DNA of 63,444 bases, filler included, from Bigelowiella natans CCMP2755 (GCA_000320545.1; 11 parts of 11 records of this genome joined end to end with filler, not necessarily neighbours in it); one strand, 5' to 3'; positions 1-16,000 are shown, numbered from the whole stretch's first letter. The notes: a model not told the origin generated them from the sequence alone. Translations and numbers: made by a program.

Positions 1-96
1 TATTGTATATTTTATACGTATACTATATATAGTATATATATATATATATATATATATAGTATATATATATATATATATAGATATATATATATTTTT

Positions 97-140
<44 letters not shown>

Positions 141-1466
141 TGTGTGTGTGTGTGTGGGTGCGCGCTTGCTTTTAGCAGACCTTGGCTACACTAAGCGTGA
201 GGTCCACCGGGTAGTCGAAAAACCGAGATTCTTAATCAACCGTGAATAACAACAAATAATTACCCAATTCTAGATACACACACAAATATATATTATAAAA
301 AATGTATATTTATATTTTATATAATATTATATTAAATCTAATTTATATATATTAATATATATTATGTATGCGAGGAGTTTCGTCATCTCACGATTTCTTG
401 CTACTCCGAGTTTGGAAGCCAATTGCTTCATGCATACGTCGTGATCATCTGTTGTGATGAGAAGAAAAACGAGCAATTCTAAAAACGCACATATGCAGAC
501 ACGGGGCGCGCGCGCACGTTTGTTCGTTTACCCTATTATTCCTCTCTTTTCAGTAAAAGCAAACATTATTGCGGACGCGGGAGAAGAATTCGGTCAAACA
601 AAATCGTCCAAAAGCACGTTTCATTTTCCGCCTCTCCCAGAGAGCCCTTCACGCATAGCTTCTTCACGACTACAACAAACCTGATTGCTCCATATCCAGC
701 GCCTTCATCAAGCTGTTCAGATACGGCATACGCACGTGCGCGCTCTCGAGCTGCGTGAGAATTGCCCTGTCATTCGTCGCAAGCATGGAAACACGACAAC
801 GGTGCTATCAGACAGTGAGATGTAGATGGGTGTGCGTTGCATGATGGCAGCTATTTCTCTCCTGATAGTCTCTTATGCACAACGATCCGAGCTCTCGCTG
901 TCACCCACCCTAACTGAGCGATATCCTTCGTTGGACTGCCCAGAAGTTCTGTTTGCAATACAATGCGGAAAAGGAGAGACACACGTGAGGCTCAGGAACC
1001 GGCTTGCTCTCCAAGGCAGGGCTGGAAGAGGAAGGGAGGTAGGGGAAGGGGGGGGGGGGGGGAGATTGGATTAGGATTAGTGTAAGTGATTACCATTGAT
1101 TTTCCTCGCTAGCTTCCTTGGAGCTTGAGGTGGTTTTGAGGGACTTCTAGAATCCGAGCCAAAGCGCGAATAAAACTCTTTTTTTTACAATCAAAATCAG
1201 CGGCAATACAAATGAGGACACAAGCACACGCGCGCGCGCGCACACAGCCCCACTAACTCCCAACAACTGCACACAAAATAGCGAGCTTTTTCGCCGACCT
1301 GAGCCGCCCTTTCTGAATTCTACTTCAATTATATAATCCACGATGTACTTCCCTGCGAAGGACATTCATTGAGGCGATGGGTCACCAAAGCAGACAACGA
1401 GTGACCCGCTAAGTCTTTAGAAAGTGTGCGCATAAGGGCATATAATGCATGTGTATATATGTGTAT

Positions 1467-1551
<85 letters not shown>

Positions 1552-2861
1552 ATGTGCATGTGCGGATATATATGCTCTTTTACGCTAACGAGTATTTGAC
1601 CTTTCTTATGAGTCGCCAAGTTTGCCGCGACCTGCATCATGAATGTCCGGCATAAATACGAACGAATGAGCGATATAACGTCTTTTAGGCTTTATGGCCG
1701 CCTTCTCATCACTGGTGAGACAGCCTCTCTCTCTCACTGTTCGTCTACGGCATGTGTATGCATCATCTAGCGCAATTTCCTACCTCTGTCAATATCGGAG
1801 CGATCGACGACGGCCCTGGTCTCCGTCTATATATTAGCGGTATATGCATGTACATATATATTATATATATATTTTTTTCAACCTATAATATCTACCCGTG
1901 TACACCGGCGCATCATATTTGAGTGTGTATAAGTGCGCGCGCGCGCGTGTGTGTGTGCGCGCATAGTGAACGTATCGTTCTCTATTGCCACGTTCATCAT
2001 CACCATCATCACCGCCACCACCACCACACAGCACCGCCCTTCTCACTAGAGCATACTTCCAAGGAATGGTCCTCGCAAACTGCTGCAGCTCTCGGCCAAG
2101 CTTTGATTCTAGGGACCGACAGAAGATGGCCTCTCGATTCCAGTCGGTTGGCGCCATTATATCCGTCTCGCTGAGCCGATGAACCATCAGCTGGAAGTAC
2201 CTTTCGGAGAGGCAAACGCTCTTAGCGATACCAATGACGGTAGTCATGGTGATGATGATGATAGTGGTGGTGGTGGTGATGGTGATGATGATGAAGAAGA
2301 AGAAGAAGAAGAAGACAATCCACGCCTGTGGTCCTACTTGATGAAGGCCGAGACACATGTCCTTGCGTGCTCGAATATGCTCAAACAGGTCAACGAGGCA
2401 GCCACGTCCCCAACTATATATTTATCATTGTGTGTATATTACATCAAGTGCAAAACCCTTATGAAATCTGCCGTCCCCCCTCCTCACCCCTCTATGTATT
2501 CTACATAATGTTCTTCGTTTATGCGCTGGTAAAATGGTACTCTCAATTCTCTACGCACCCACGCAATTGTCATCGTTATCATAGCTATTCACCAACATCA
2601 TCCTTCACACCACCGACTACTACTACTACTACCGCTACTGCCACCACGACCACCACTACAACTGCTACCACTACTACTACTACTACTACTCCACTATCAT
2701 CACTGCCCTCTCGCGCACATTTGCACAACGACCTCGAGCATAACCCAACGCGAAAAGGCGAAAGACGAATCGATCGACGGGGACCCGCTTCCTATATCCA
2801 ATGAATATATATATATATATATATATTATATATAGAACATATTTGCAAATATTACATATCA

Positions 2862-2899
<38 letters not shown>

Positions 2900-3015
2900 G
2901 AACATGCTATTTATCAAAGCATCATAAACATCATAGCCTCGGACAATGCGCTTCCTTGGTCCTCCTGCTGTTTCAAGAGTACAGGTGCAATCGACTGCAG
3001 AGACTTTCGAGAGAG

Positions 3016-3065
<50 letters not shown>

Positions 3066-3606
3066 CGAGAGAGAGTATTACTGCAGCATGCCCATGAATA
3101 ACTCCTCCATCTCCCGGCAATATCCAAACCTGTCGTTGTTATCACATCACGAACAATCAGCCTCATGCACAGACCCCACGTCGGGCGCGGGTGCATTGGG
3201 GGACTTCTCTCTCGCGCATTTTTCAGCTCGTACTTTGACAATGCCCGGAGGACGCCATGGAAGTGATAGACGTTGGGGAGAGAGACCTACGAGGGAAAAC
3301 GCGTTTGATTTGATGATGGCATGATGTATGGATCTCTCTTTGAGAATTGATGTACGCGCGAAATCGTATGTGAGCTTTCGTGCCAGTATGCGTGCATGCG
3401 AGTGTGTGTGTGCGCGCGCGCGCGCATACTTTCTTGGATTTGAGCTTCGCATAGATCTTGATGACGAGCTCGTACTCGTGCCGTTTTATTGCAGAGGACT
3501 TATCGAGATAGAAGAAAATGCACAGGAAGCACAACAGCAGCGTATTTTAAAGAATTAGAGGGGTCAATTAGAGGGTAAATTAGAGGGTGAAACCATGACA
3601 CACACA

Positions 3607-3642
<36 letters not shown>

Positions 3643-4007
3643 CTAAAAAGTCCGCGAAAGAAGGAAATATTCCGTCTCCACGCGCCATCCTTGCGATCTT
3701 CACCGCCAACCGCACACCGCATATCTTATTGCTCTCCAAAAAGGGGGGGGGGGGGACAATCCTCTCCTCAATCAACAAAAGGCAGGTTTGCCCTTCTCCG
3801 GCAGCACGGCGCTCCGAGGGGTTTCTTCAGGCGAATTTTGATGAATAGCGGGGAGGAATAATACCAGGGCGAGGATGTGCTTGCGAGCGCCAGTCTGCCG
3901 TGTGCTGATCTTCTTCGTCGATAGGGAGGAGGAAGAGAGCGAAGATGACGATGATGCGGAGGGGCCTAGTTGAAAGTAAAGAGGATTATATGTTTGTGTG
4001 TGTGTCG

Positions 4008-4043
<36 letters not shown>

Positions 4044-4580
4044 CTGTTCAGTCTCTCTATTTGTTTGTGTAGATTGTATTGACGGAGTGGGGACATGGGT
4101 TTTTGTAACTGCATACCTGCCTTTCCTTGCTGGCCATCGAGGCCTTTCTCATCCCCCCCCTCCTCGTACCATCTACTGCCCTCCCCCTCCGACTCTCTAC
4201 GGCCGCTGCGGCACTCGGCGTCGCGGGGGGTGAGAGGGCTGCTCAGGGAGGTGGGAACCCCAATGCCCTAAATGTAATCATCGTGTCATCTTCAGATGGC
4301 ACGTAAAGTACAGACGATTCTGCTACAAAACATTGCGTGCGAATCGCTAGGCAATGGCAAAAGCGCTCTCGCCGTTCTCTGCATGATTGGCATCAATTTC
4401 CTAATATCATCAGCATCTCACTCACGGAAGGACGCTTGTCGATACTGGTGGTCGTTGGTGTTGGTTGTGGAGCATCATGTTCAAACGCAACCAGCGCGGG
4501 TGGTAAGGCGCTTGCGTGCGTTGTTTACCCTTTGCATGTTGATAAGATATTCCTCCGATGAAGAGCTGTCCAGGTGGAGA

Positions 4581-4619
<39 letters not shown>

Positions 4620-4739
4620 GAGAGAGAGAGAGAGGGAGAGAGAGAGAGAGAATAGTTGTCATTGCAACCTTTCCCTCTCGCTCTCTCTCTTTTTCTCTCT
4701 CGCTTTCTCTATCAAACACACACACACGCGCGCGCGCTA

Positions 4740-4780
<41 letters not shown>

Positions 4781-5524
4781 TATAATATATATATGTAAAT
4801 CATGCAGTATATCATATCATATGAGTATCGTGCTGCTACACCGACCTCGGCCCATGGACGAGATTCGTCAAGGAGTAGAACTTCAGAAGCTGAACGATGA
4901 TGATGATGACGATGACGACGACGATGATGATGATGATGATGATTATGACTATCTGGCCGTTGTTGGATTTGAGTACTACTTCTCTTACTACTACTTCTCC
5001 TGATACTACTATTACTACTATTACTACTATTACTATTACTACTACTACCGCTTTATGATTCTCTTGCTGTGATAAGGCGCTGATTATGTAAGAATCCGCG
5101 CTAGCGATACACGAGTATTCAAGAACGGGAAAACAGCAACGGATCCCAGCGTACGACAACCAAAAAAAGAGGAGGAGGAGGAGGAGGAGGAGGCGGAGGA
5201 AGAAGAGGAAGGGGGGGAGAGAAATACTGAGAGAACTCTGCTTCGCAGCGCCACACTTACGCTCATGATAAACACCTTGCGGTACCCTTACATCGTGCGC
5301 GGAAAGGCTGTTGTTTGTGTTGCAATCATCGAGCGGGCTGTTAGTGTTTTTTTACCCGTATTCTGCGAGGTCGTTTGTGTCGTATAGAGCAGATGCATCG
5401 TGGACGTACAGTGCGATCGCATCGTCCAGACGGCCCTTACACGCCGTCAAATCCCCCAATAAAAAAAAAACAAAAAGAAGTTATTCGTCGTCAATAAAAT
5501 AAAGCTGCTATCAATACATGCACA

Positions 5525-5568
<44 letters not shown>

Positions 5569-5963
5569 TGTGTGTGTGTGTGGTATGTGTGAGGAGTTTC
5601 TCTCTTACCGTGTTGCAAAAGGTCCTGATAGCATGCGAATACGTTCTTGGGGTCAGCCTGAGCCTTTTCCTCCGAGCCTCAGTCACTAATTCTTTCATCT
5701 GTAAGAGGGGGAGGATATGGGGGGGGGGGGGGGGGGGATTAGCGAAAATTGGGTTTTGGGTATCTGTGTTGTTGACTTTATGTTTTCGAAAGAAAAAGGG
5801 AGGAAGGAGGGGGAAGGAGACACGTGGATATAAATAAATTGCCCCAAAAAATGGTTTTTTTAAGCTGCAGTACTTGCTCCACGTCGTGACTCTGCGAGCA
5901 AGCGATGATGATCGTCTCGTACTCTGAGATGCTTGTAAGGGGACCTGCGTGGAGATGGAAAGT

Positions 5964-6009
<46 letters not shown>

Positions 6010-7098
6010 AGGGAAAGAGGGTTCAACAAGGAGCAGCGCATTATTTGTCTAAGGGACCAAATCAAAATTTTCGTCGTTTTCGCTGCAATCGCCAGGAAAA
6101 TTTCCAAAATTTCGTTGTGTCATCGTCAGCCAGTATCTCGTTTGTTATGATAGGAGTTGTGGGTTCTCCTATCCTTTTCTTCCCCTCCCCCCCGCCCTCC
6201 TGCCCCTGTTCATTTGCAACATTACCGGTTCGTCGGTACTCTGTCACCAGAGATTTAAGCTCATCGTCGATCGCCTGGTCCCTGAACAAAACAACGATTT
6301 GTGGGAGGCATGTCGATCACGTGAGGTCAGTATTTTCTTTCTTCTTCTTCTTCTTCTTCGTCGTCGTCTTCTTCTTCTTCGCATATCAGAGCAGTGGAGG
6401 TAGGGGCGTGCAACTGACCACTTCCTCGTCCTCCCCGCGCTGTAAGAGCCCATGCTGTGGACCTGACGCCTGCGGTCCTTATTGAGCTTGATGAGAATCA
6501 TTTTCATTCTCTGGATCTTGGCAGGGGGCTCTTCTGGCGCGCGAGGCGACTGCTCATCAACAGCGCCTCTCCTCCGATATGCGGACCCGTGAATGCGCCT
6601 CCTCCACCCTAGCGGCAACAAATGCAACACTTCCATCTCATCTCCACGGCCTAGTTGAAAAGGTAAGGAAGATTATGCCGTACGGTACCTCCACCAATCG
6701 TCACCCGTCGCGCGAAGAGGGCCATCGCGAGGCGGCGGCCGCGCCGGCCTGCATCGGCCATTCTTTCTCGGTTCTGAAGGATTCGGCTCCGGGCTTCGGA
6801 ACCCATTTCTCTATTTTTATTCTGCGACATCGAAATGTTCATGTCGTCTCCAAAAATGGATGGTATAGAACTTTAAATTTTTCAGTTGTGCGCCTTTTTC
6901 AGTTGTTCTTCGGGCGTATTTCGTCCCCGTTGGGGTCATATGCCGGGTCGGAACATGTTCGCGTTTATTCTTTGCACTTCCGAGATGCGAGTTCAGATAT
7001 TTCTACGATGTTTTCCGCATTAAAATCGATCTATCCTTCTCTTCCTCCTCCCGAGGGAGTCCCCGTCCCCTCTTCGCGAGTTCCATTATGCTGCTGGC

Positions 7099-8157
7099 AT
7101 GATTACAGCTGCCTGCACAGGGGTGCTGAAGGGCCATCGTTACAATGTCTACGGGTGCTCAGGTATGAGTTATGTCTGGGGTGAAAACTGAAGAGCTATG
7201 TTAGATGCATATCCGCCCCATGTGTTCTGTCTTACTTTGCCCCCCCCTCCCCCCCTCACTTTTGTGCTGATAGTATCGCCAGATAGGAAGTATGTAGCTG
7301 CCTGCTCGAGCGATAAAACCGCCAGGGTATTATTCAGAATCCTTTCCCGGAAGGGGTTCCCTCGGCGTGTTGGGACGGGGAAGCTTATTTCTTGCTCTCC
7401 AGTGTTAATTGTTACATATCATCATATTTCGTGCTACTTCAACCTTGTCTGCTCAGGTTTGGAAAGTCGCCGATAACACCCAAATCGCTGTCCTGGAAGG
7501 TCGGAACATCCTTCGGTTGGTTGTCGAAGCGTGCCCATTGCCGTCCATCGAGCGCCTCTTTCACGTTCAACTCTGCTCGATGTGTTTGTTGGCTCAGGGC
7601 ATGCAACGTACGTTCTTAACGTCGCATGGTCACCCGACGGACGTTTCCTGGCCTCAGCGTCGCAAGATACGACGATACGGGTTTGAATAGTCCCAATCTA
7701 TCATTTGAAATCGGCAAAAAAGTTAGCATTGATCCTCACCCGACCTCTCCGCAATCACACCTCATCTGCGCTCTTATCGTGCACGTATAGTTAAAGGAAG
7801 GTTTCGCCACTTTTGAAAGAACCATGCATAGTTCCCCCCACCCCTCCCATGGAATAAGCATGCGCTATACGACAGATATGGAGGCCATTCTCTGATACTC
7901 CTACCTGCTGTTCTGGTAGCGTGTCTATAACCGAAAAAACACTCTCACACAAATACAATGCGCTTCCAACTAGTATATGCATTTAGAGTAAGAGCAAAAG
8001 GCGGGTGGGGGGGGAGGGGGCATGGGGGAAGGAGGGAAAAGATTTCATTGATTGTGCCTAATTCAGTTTATTCTGGCCATGGATGCACCGTCACAGCGTG
8101 TGCTTTCCATCCCTCGTATGTCAGAAACAATAGAATTATTCCGGAATTATAAAATAT

Positions 8158-8200
<43 letters not shown>

Positions 8201-9181
8201 GATTTTGTGTTATTAACTGCGAAATAGAGTACAGATTAATGCAGATGGTAAGCGTAGATCAGAGGTGAATGCTGCACAGAACAGTGATATATCGGTGCGT
8301 GAGGCGCCGCTGCCAGCAGATTCGAATCTAAAGCAATTGCGGCTGTACAAAATCACCTGCAGCATCGAGCTCAAACCGCCATTATCCCCCTCGAATGCAC
8401 TATCACAATGCAATAACTCGATAGCACAATGACGATATTATAAAATGCAGGGGGAGTCTGCTGGTTTCTGCGGCGACGAGTGGTGTGATTGCCGTGTGGC
8501 GAGTTGCGAGGGTAGTAGCAGCACGCGAAGAAGGCACAAAACCATATCAGGATTGCCAATCCGAACGAATATAATGTAGCTTTTTGCATTTCATTTATTC
8601 TTATTTTTATGTTTTTTTAAGAGCGCGTTATTTCATAAATCAAACGTGGAGTGGCTCCTCTCTCCCCTCCTCCTCCTCCTCCTCCTACCCCGTATCTCCC
8701 CCCTTGCCGTTGTGCTTTTAACGGTATTCATCATGCTAGCAGCTCGAGCATGATGATGGGGCTGATGACGTCAAGAAAGGAGCTCTTAGTCACCAAACGG
8801 GTACGATGCTCCAGAAACGTAAAGAGCAAGCTGAAGGGGGGGGGGCGGGAGAAAATAAAGAGGAGGAGGGGCGAGCGCATGGCTGCTTGGATACAAGCGA
8901 TGAGGGCTCGAAAAGAACTCCGATATACGTCGAGTCACCTTGCCAGCTGATAAAGGTGCATCATCAACAGCGGCCCTTCCGCCATTCTCTTCCTGGAGAT
9001 GTCTGATCGATATCGAAACCTCCAGACACGCACAGAGCGCTTTGCGCAAAAACAGACACACACGCACACAAACATGTCACACGCACACGTTTGCGGCATT
9101 CTTCGTAGGCGCACGAAAACGAGGTGTCCTGCATCGATTTTACTGCTGATGGACGCTGCTTTGTCACTTCCTCCTGGGATT

Positions 9182-9217
<36 letters not shown>

Positions 9218-9343
9218 AAGTAGTAGCAGAAGTAGCAGTAGTAGAAGTAGTAGTAGAAGAAGAAGTAATAGTGCGCAGTAGCGCCTATAATATCTTATAC
9301 ATTCCGCCAGCAAGCGAAGAGAGTCAAATCACATATTATTATT

Positions 9344-9412
<69 letters not shown>

Positions 9413-9950
9413 TATGATACTGTGTGTGCGCGCGCGCGCGAATGCATGCCATTATTTCGCAAACGAGGGACCAGCATCATCATTCCTACTGGCATTGCAT
9501 TGTGTTTTTCTTCATGGGGAGGGGGGGGGGGGCGAGGAGGTTAGACGAGAGTGTTTGCATGCATGCGAGTGATGCAAATGAGCGACCGAAACTACAACAG
9601 ACGGTCAAGATTTGGACTCGCAAGGGAGGAGGCAGCAGCTGTGGAGAAAGCAAAGCGAATAGAATGAACCTGGGTGCCAACGACTGGGTGTGCACAGCTA
9701 CACTTGCTGGTACTTCCTTCCCCCCCCTCCCCCCGCCCCCCGCCCCCCACACTCCGATTTATTCGTTATCTGCTCCTCGAGATGGGTTATATATCTCGAG
9801 TGTAGATCGATATAATACGCACTGCTGAGGCAATGTGCTAGCGCCGCCATGGCTTCGGTCGTCTCGTGCATGCTGATTCGAGAGGTTGTGTGCGCACGGT
9901 ACCACAGGACATCGAGACTGGGTATTGAGCTGCAGCTTTGCAAGGGGGGG
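7099..9950 (+). CDS. WD40-repeat protein (multi-exon; 3' end approximate)
   Basis: Manually spliced GT-AG exons give MITAACTGVLKGHRYNVYGCS/VSPDRKYVAACSSDKTAR/VWKVADNTQIAVLE/GHATYVLNVAWSPDGRFLASASQDTTIR/IW.../AHENEVSCIDFTADGRCFVTSSWDL/TVKIW, which are classical GH...SxDxTxRxW repeats. Confidence 0.88.
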
Positions 9951-10298
9951 CGAGGCTACAAGAGAATATGGTCATCACAAAAGTAGAGAAACGATAGTAG
10001 GAGAAATGGGGAACTATTGAGGCATAAGTGTCAGCTTTGGATTTTGGTGGGGGGTTTGGGGGGGGGGGGGGGGGGCGCCCTTGCCCCCTGTATCCAAGCC
10101 TGACATCTCAAATTTTTTTGGAAATAAACCTCTGTTCCCTTTCTTCTATAAAAAAAAATTTTTTTCCGAATTTCCGTGTAAGGAGAAAAAAGAGGAGTNN
10201 NNNNNNNNNNNNNNNNNNNNNNNNNNNNNNNNNNNNNNNNNNTTAATTAATTAANNNNNNNNNNNNNNNNNNNNNNNNNNNNNNNNNNNNNNNNNNNN

Positions 10299-10329
<31 letters not shown>

Positions 10330-10471
10330 TGGGGGGAGGAGGATGCAATACTATTCCATCCACATCAAAACACATAGAATAGACATCGCAGAAATAAACG
10401 TAATACGTACTAAACATTAATTGCATCGTGTGCTATTTTTTACAACGAATATGTTCCCCATCAACAACAAC

Positions 10472-10506
<35 letters not shown>

Positions 10507-10782
10507 TGAGGTATCATTGTCACGATGATCCCCAGGTCATGGAAGGACGAAATCAATCGGCAAATGAAGATCCATAGCCCAAGAAAAACGGCTAAACAGC
10601 GCGACAAAGCTCTCGTGGACGCCAAGTATGAATGACACTCACAATATACACAACGACGAAATCACCGATGATCTTTGTTCCAATTATTGTGTCCCTCAGA
10701 ATAATCACACACACACGCACGCACACGCACACGCACACGCACACGCACACATATTAAAAAATATAGTACACACACACATGCA

Positions 10783-10822
<40 letters not shown>

Positions 10823-11179
10823 GTAAACACATATGGTCGGACAGACAAATTCTGGGCTCCGAGACACTCTCGCTGTACCCGTTCGGTTCTCATGGAAATG
10901 GTATTGTAGATCGTAGTACTAGTTGTCGATTTCTTTTCAGTCTCACCCCACCCCCTCTCCTCTCCTTTTTTCTTCCTGAAAATTCCCCCGCTGCTGCCTT
11001 TCAATCAAGATTGGTGCACAAATTGCAGCAGAACAAAGATGGTAGATGATGATAATGATGATGGTAACTGTGAGACTATCCATGAATAATGGAGACGCCA
11101 ACGATTTCGGCTGAGGGACTAATGTCCCCAGCAGTACGACAATCCACAATCCCCCTCGCAAATCATCATTTTCGTGGTT

Positions 11180-11381
11180 GTTATCCTTCCTCAATGCTCC
11201 GAAAGCATATTTGGCACTGTCTTTGCGCTACAAAGCAATGATCATCGTGTAGTAGCTGCTGCTGATACAACGAATACTATTGCTTACTATACTTACTGCT
11301 CTTGCTGCTGTTATACAACAAAAGGGTTCGATCTACGTGATTCTGACTTGGACGTTACCATCCTTGTAGTGAGCTTTGCTG

Positions 11382-11419
<38 letters not shown>

Positions 11420-11615
11420 CTTCTGTCTCCAAAGTTTTTGTTTTCTTCGCCTTTTTTTCCTCACTGACCTCCTCCTACTCATCCTCTTCCTCCTCTCCCT
11501 CCCTCCCTCCCTCCATCCCTCCCTCCCTCCCCTGTCATTGTTTTCATCATTATGGCCGTTCTTTTTTTCGTTCATTGTCACCATTATCATCATCATCACC
11601 ATCACCACCACCACC

Positions 11616-11649
<34 letters not shown>

Positions 11650-11856
11650 TTATCATTATCATAGCTGTGTTGACCTTGCCTTTTCCCTGCCGGCAAACAC
11701 ACAGATCGGTTCGCCACAAGAGTCACATCCAGATGACCAAAAGAAGAGTAAGGTGTGCGGGGGGGGAAGGGGGTGGGGGAGGAGCTGGGAGGACCATGGT
11801 GATCACAAGTGCGAACACTGTGGATGGCGTTCGTCAGCAGAGCAGCCTCTACTTAT

Positions 11857-11899
<43 letters not shown>

Positions 11900-12314
11900 A
11901 ATATTGATCTTAAGCGTAGAGGATGTGGCACGTGTGTCTTACTATTACTCCTCCAACGATGAGCAAGCAGCCGATTCTGTGACCAATCATTTCTCCACGC
12001 AATATGTTGATAGTCATCGTTTTTGTACCTGCTGCTGCTGCTGCTCTGATGATTTCAGGCTTTACAGCTTTTGAAGCAAGTTAGGAGGTAGAGAGAGCAA
12101 GACTCACACGCAACAACAACAACAACACATATTCTCCTCTCGCAAACAATGCACGAAATCACCACACCGTTCTTATCGAGGATGATGATGTTCCGAGAGT
12201 TGTTATTCCCCCCGCAAGCCATGCACATCCTAAAACACTTTGTCTCTGCTTTTTACCCTGAGTTCTCTAACGTTTCACGTTTGAAGGGAGGGGGGTAAGG
12301 GGGAATAAGCGATA

Positions 12315-12386
<72 letters not shown>

Positions 12387-13355
12387 CATATTATATTTCA
12401 TATTCTCATATGCCCATATTGACAAGGAAATTGCAAGCACATGCAAAACAGGCAAGGAAGAAAGCTATCGGGAAGAGGTAATGCTTAAAGATTATAAACC
12501 CATGCATTCACGCGCGCGTGTGTGTGTGCGCTTCTATAACATTTTCCACCGCCCTCCGACACCGTTTCCTTGAGCAAAAACATACGACCTCTATTCATTA
12601 TCGTGTTGTTGTATCTCTCCCCCTCCTCCTCTCCTCTATTCAATCCAATCCAGCAGTTGGAGACAGATGGCAGGGTGCTTCTCAAAATGCATGCTCATAG
12701 CAGGTCACCAACCTCTCGCTTAGTCGTGTATGCACACGATATTCGCATTGTATCTATGCGGCGTATTTGTGTGTGTGCGTGTGTGCGTGCGTGCGTGTGT
12801 GCGATGGAAAAGGGGGAAAGCGGTGTCCGATGTAATTTTGGCTCAATCAATCTTTTCTCTGGAGTGGTAGCTTCATGTCCTCGCAACGTGTAATGAAATG
12901 AAACCAGTGATTTTGTTGGTTTTGGTTGTGCTAGATGTAATCATTCCCCCCCCCCCCCCCCCCCACATCTCCCCCCCCCTCTCTTCATCCTCGTCCTCAT
13001 CACCTCAGCGCGCGTACCTGTTATGAAAGTCGTGCACGTACAAACAAGCATAGAGGTGCAGATTTCTTTTCAAAGCGGGAGAGAATGATGAAGAGGAAGA
13101 AGAAGAAGAAGAGGGAGAATAAGACGAGAATATAATATGTTATACCCACAGTAGCTTTAATATGTTTGACCATCAATATATACATTTGCCATCGAGCTAT
13201 TATGCCACCCCCTTTCCCCTTCCTTTCTCTTCTTCTTATATATGCATGCACGCTACTACTACCGCAAAGGTTGACATCGTAGCCAACAATCGTACGGGGG
13301 TACACAACACCGCGCTGCTGAGGAAATACGCGGAGATGCATCCTCAGGTTACCAG

Positions 13356-13390
<35 letters not shown>

Positions 13391-14575
13391 TGCACATGCA
13401 CATGCACATGCACATGCACGCACGCACGCCACAAGCGCACACATCGTCGTTCGGAAAAGCCTAAATCACGTCTTGGCTGTGGTCATTTGGGATGACATAT
13501 GTCGTTTTTCTGTGTCATCGTCGTCAAGTAAACATCTAACAACAGCTATATCATGAAACGCCTTGTCGGTGTCCTGTCCTGTCCTCGTCCGCCCCCCCCC
13601 GCGCCTCTCCCTCTTCCCCGTTCTTTTATCGTGTACCGATGCGTTATTCTGACGTGTCTTCCCCCCCCCCCCCCAAGGTCCAGCGATTGGGTCGGTTGCT
13701 CAAAATCTGGACGAAGTCCTACGGCATCAACTCTGCCGCTAGCGGCCATATATCTAGGTATGTGTGTAGAGCACACGAAAACCGCAAATGCGCGACATCG
13801 ATGGGCGGTGTTTCAACTTACCCGAGGAGTACGACGAAATCGCAGCGCGCATGCATTTCTGAATAGCTCTATGATGACAAGCCTTGTCCTTTGATCATAC
13901 GTGTACCGTATCAGCCTTCTCTTCCGCGCAGCTAAGTCATCATCACCACCGCATTTAGTAGCGTTTTGCTCGTTTTACCAATCGTCGTCACCGTCACCAT
14001 CATTGTCATCAATGACTCGGTTGGTGCGTTGTGGATGTTACTATCTATTCCAGCTACGGCTGGGTTCTTCTAGCCATCTTTTATCTGCAAGTCAGGGGGC
14101 TTATCCCCTCCCTCCAGGCGAAGGAGCACTTGTCTCGATCGCAATACCTGGAAATCTCTGGCGTAGACTGCACGTTTTGCCGAGAGAAAAGAACGCTCTC
14201 CGGAATCAAAAAGCGGGCAAAGGTGCAATCCGTGTCAATGCAAAGAATGATACATAGCAACTTATATGTTTCTTTTTCTTTTTTTTTTGTAAAAAAGAAA
14301 AGTTTAAAAAACAGTAACAACAACGCCAACAACAACAACCAAGCAGCCCACGCACCGATGTGCTTTACACACAGCAACGACACCCTTGCAACTCACCTTC
14401 TGGCACGTGTACTTGACGTATTGCAGGAGAAATTTGCGGAAGTGGAGGTGGAGGATTTGCTGCTGGGGTTTTTCGAGTACTACTCGAAATTAGATTGGTG
14501 CGGTGTCAAAATATCACCGCGGCTAGCATGCCTTTTGCGCAGGCAGAAACGCTATTCTCCAAAACACAAGGTTCT
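11180..14575 (+). CDS. Cid1/Trf4-family non-canonical poly(A) polymerase / terminal uridylyltransferase (partial, multi-exon)
   Basis: Exon peptides IFG...GFDLRDSDLDV (DxD), VDIVANNRTGVHNTALLRKY, LLKIWTKSYGINSAASGHISS-YGWVLLAIFYLQ, LLLGFFEYYSKLDW (PAP-associated domain). Both ends run toward assembly gaps. Confidence 0.85.
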
Positions 14576-14996
14576 AGCCACCGGCACATCTTTACTCTCC
14601 CCCCCCCTCTCTCTCTCTCTCTCTCTAAAAAAAAAACCATTTATTTATATCTGTCTGAAGAGAGGGGTGGAGGGTTGGAGNNNNNNNNNNNNNNNNNNNN
14701 NNNNNNNNNNNNNNNNNNNNNNNNTTAATTAATTAANNNNNNNNNNNNNNNNNNNNNNNNNNNNNNNNNNNNNNNNNNNNACTTGCTTATTCCCTTTCTT
14801 AAGTGTAAAAAAATTAACTGCTCCGCATTCTAACCCTGCCCTTCGTGTTCTGTCAATAAATATCAGCGGAACTTACTCTCACAAGACATGATGACGGGGA
14901 GAAGTAGTAGTGCCAGAGAAAGCTATAGTCATACTGTCGGCGATTTGTCCCAGCCGGTCTAATAGAATAGGCTTTATTAAGGAATTTGATATTCTT

Positions 14997-15068
<72 letters not shown>

Positions 15069-16000
15069 ATAAGTTACCGTGTCTGTTAGCAGTCGTCTCC
15101 ACAGTTTTGTGCAAGCCGCTACATTGTGACGACGGTAGCAGTTGCATCTTAGGATGCGTGGATTCCAACATCTATTGCTCTGTTGCTCTGTCCTGCCAGC
15201 GAGTGATGCGGCCTCATAAAAACGGGAGTAATGAATTAATTAAACATTTTCAATTGTCACCTAATGTAGCTGTGCGGCGTTGTTGTAGATATATACCATG
15301 CGATGTGCTGCGATGCAGATCGTTGCAGTGTAGCTCGCTCTTCGTGGCAATTATGTCCTCCTGAGCAGTGCATCGTGTAATGCGTGTGCGCTGTGCTATA
15401 CTGCGATGCATTCCATGTATTATCATATTGTACAAAACGGATAAGCGACACTGCGCCAACGTGCAATGTGACCGCGTGCGCCAACCTGCAGTGGCCTGAT
15501 GGCCCGCGCATGTGATGACATGACAACATGTGCTTGCGGCTGAGCATGAGTTTTATGTTAGAATTACAAATTGTTCACAAAGCCTAGCTACACGTACACA
15601 TATGTTATAATGTGAAAATGCATGGATCACACGCAATGCATGTCGCATTGTGCAGCTGCACTGGGATGCCAATTGAGCAAATATTATTAAATGTGACTGC
15701 TATGTGTGATCTTTTCACTTCACCCGTCTCACACACATTGCCACGCCAACATGCACGGCTCGTTGCTACGGCATTGCTAGCACACGTGACCAAATGCATG
15801 CGCGATGTAGCCAAAAATGGAGGCAGGCACAAACAATGCATTGATAGTTGTATAGTTTCAGCGAACAAGCCGCACACAAAAAACGCTCATGCTTGCTCGA
15901 TAATCACGACACTTATTTCAAATTGCAAGAATATCTAAAACGTCATTGCACTTGGCGGAGCTAGCCACGCTTTCAACAACCGCAACTCGAGAACACGTCC

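Noticed and set aside
1147-6640. Many short ORFs with YIYI/CVCV/ERER/HTHT runs
   Set aside because: Translations of intronic microsatellites. A minus-strand multi-exon gene probably lies here but I could not identify it.
10199-10298. Recurrent TTAATTAATTAA palindrome within N runs
   Set aside because: Artificial six-frame-stop scaffold linker, identical at all ten gaps.
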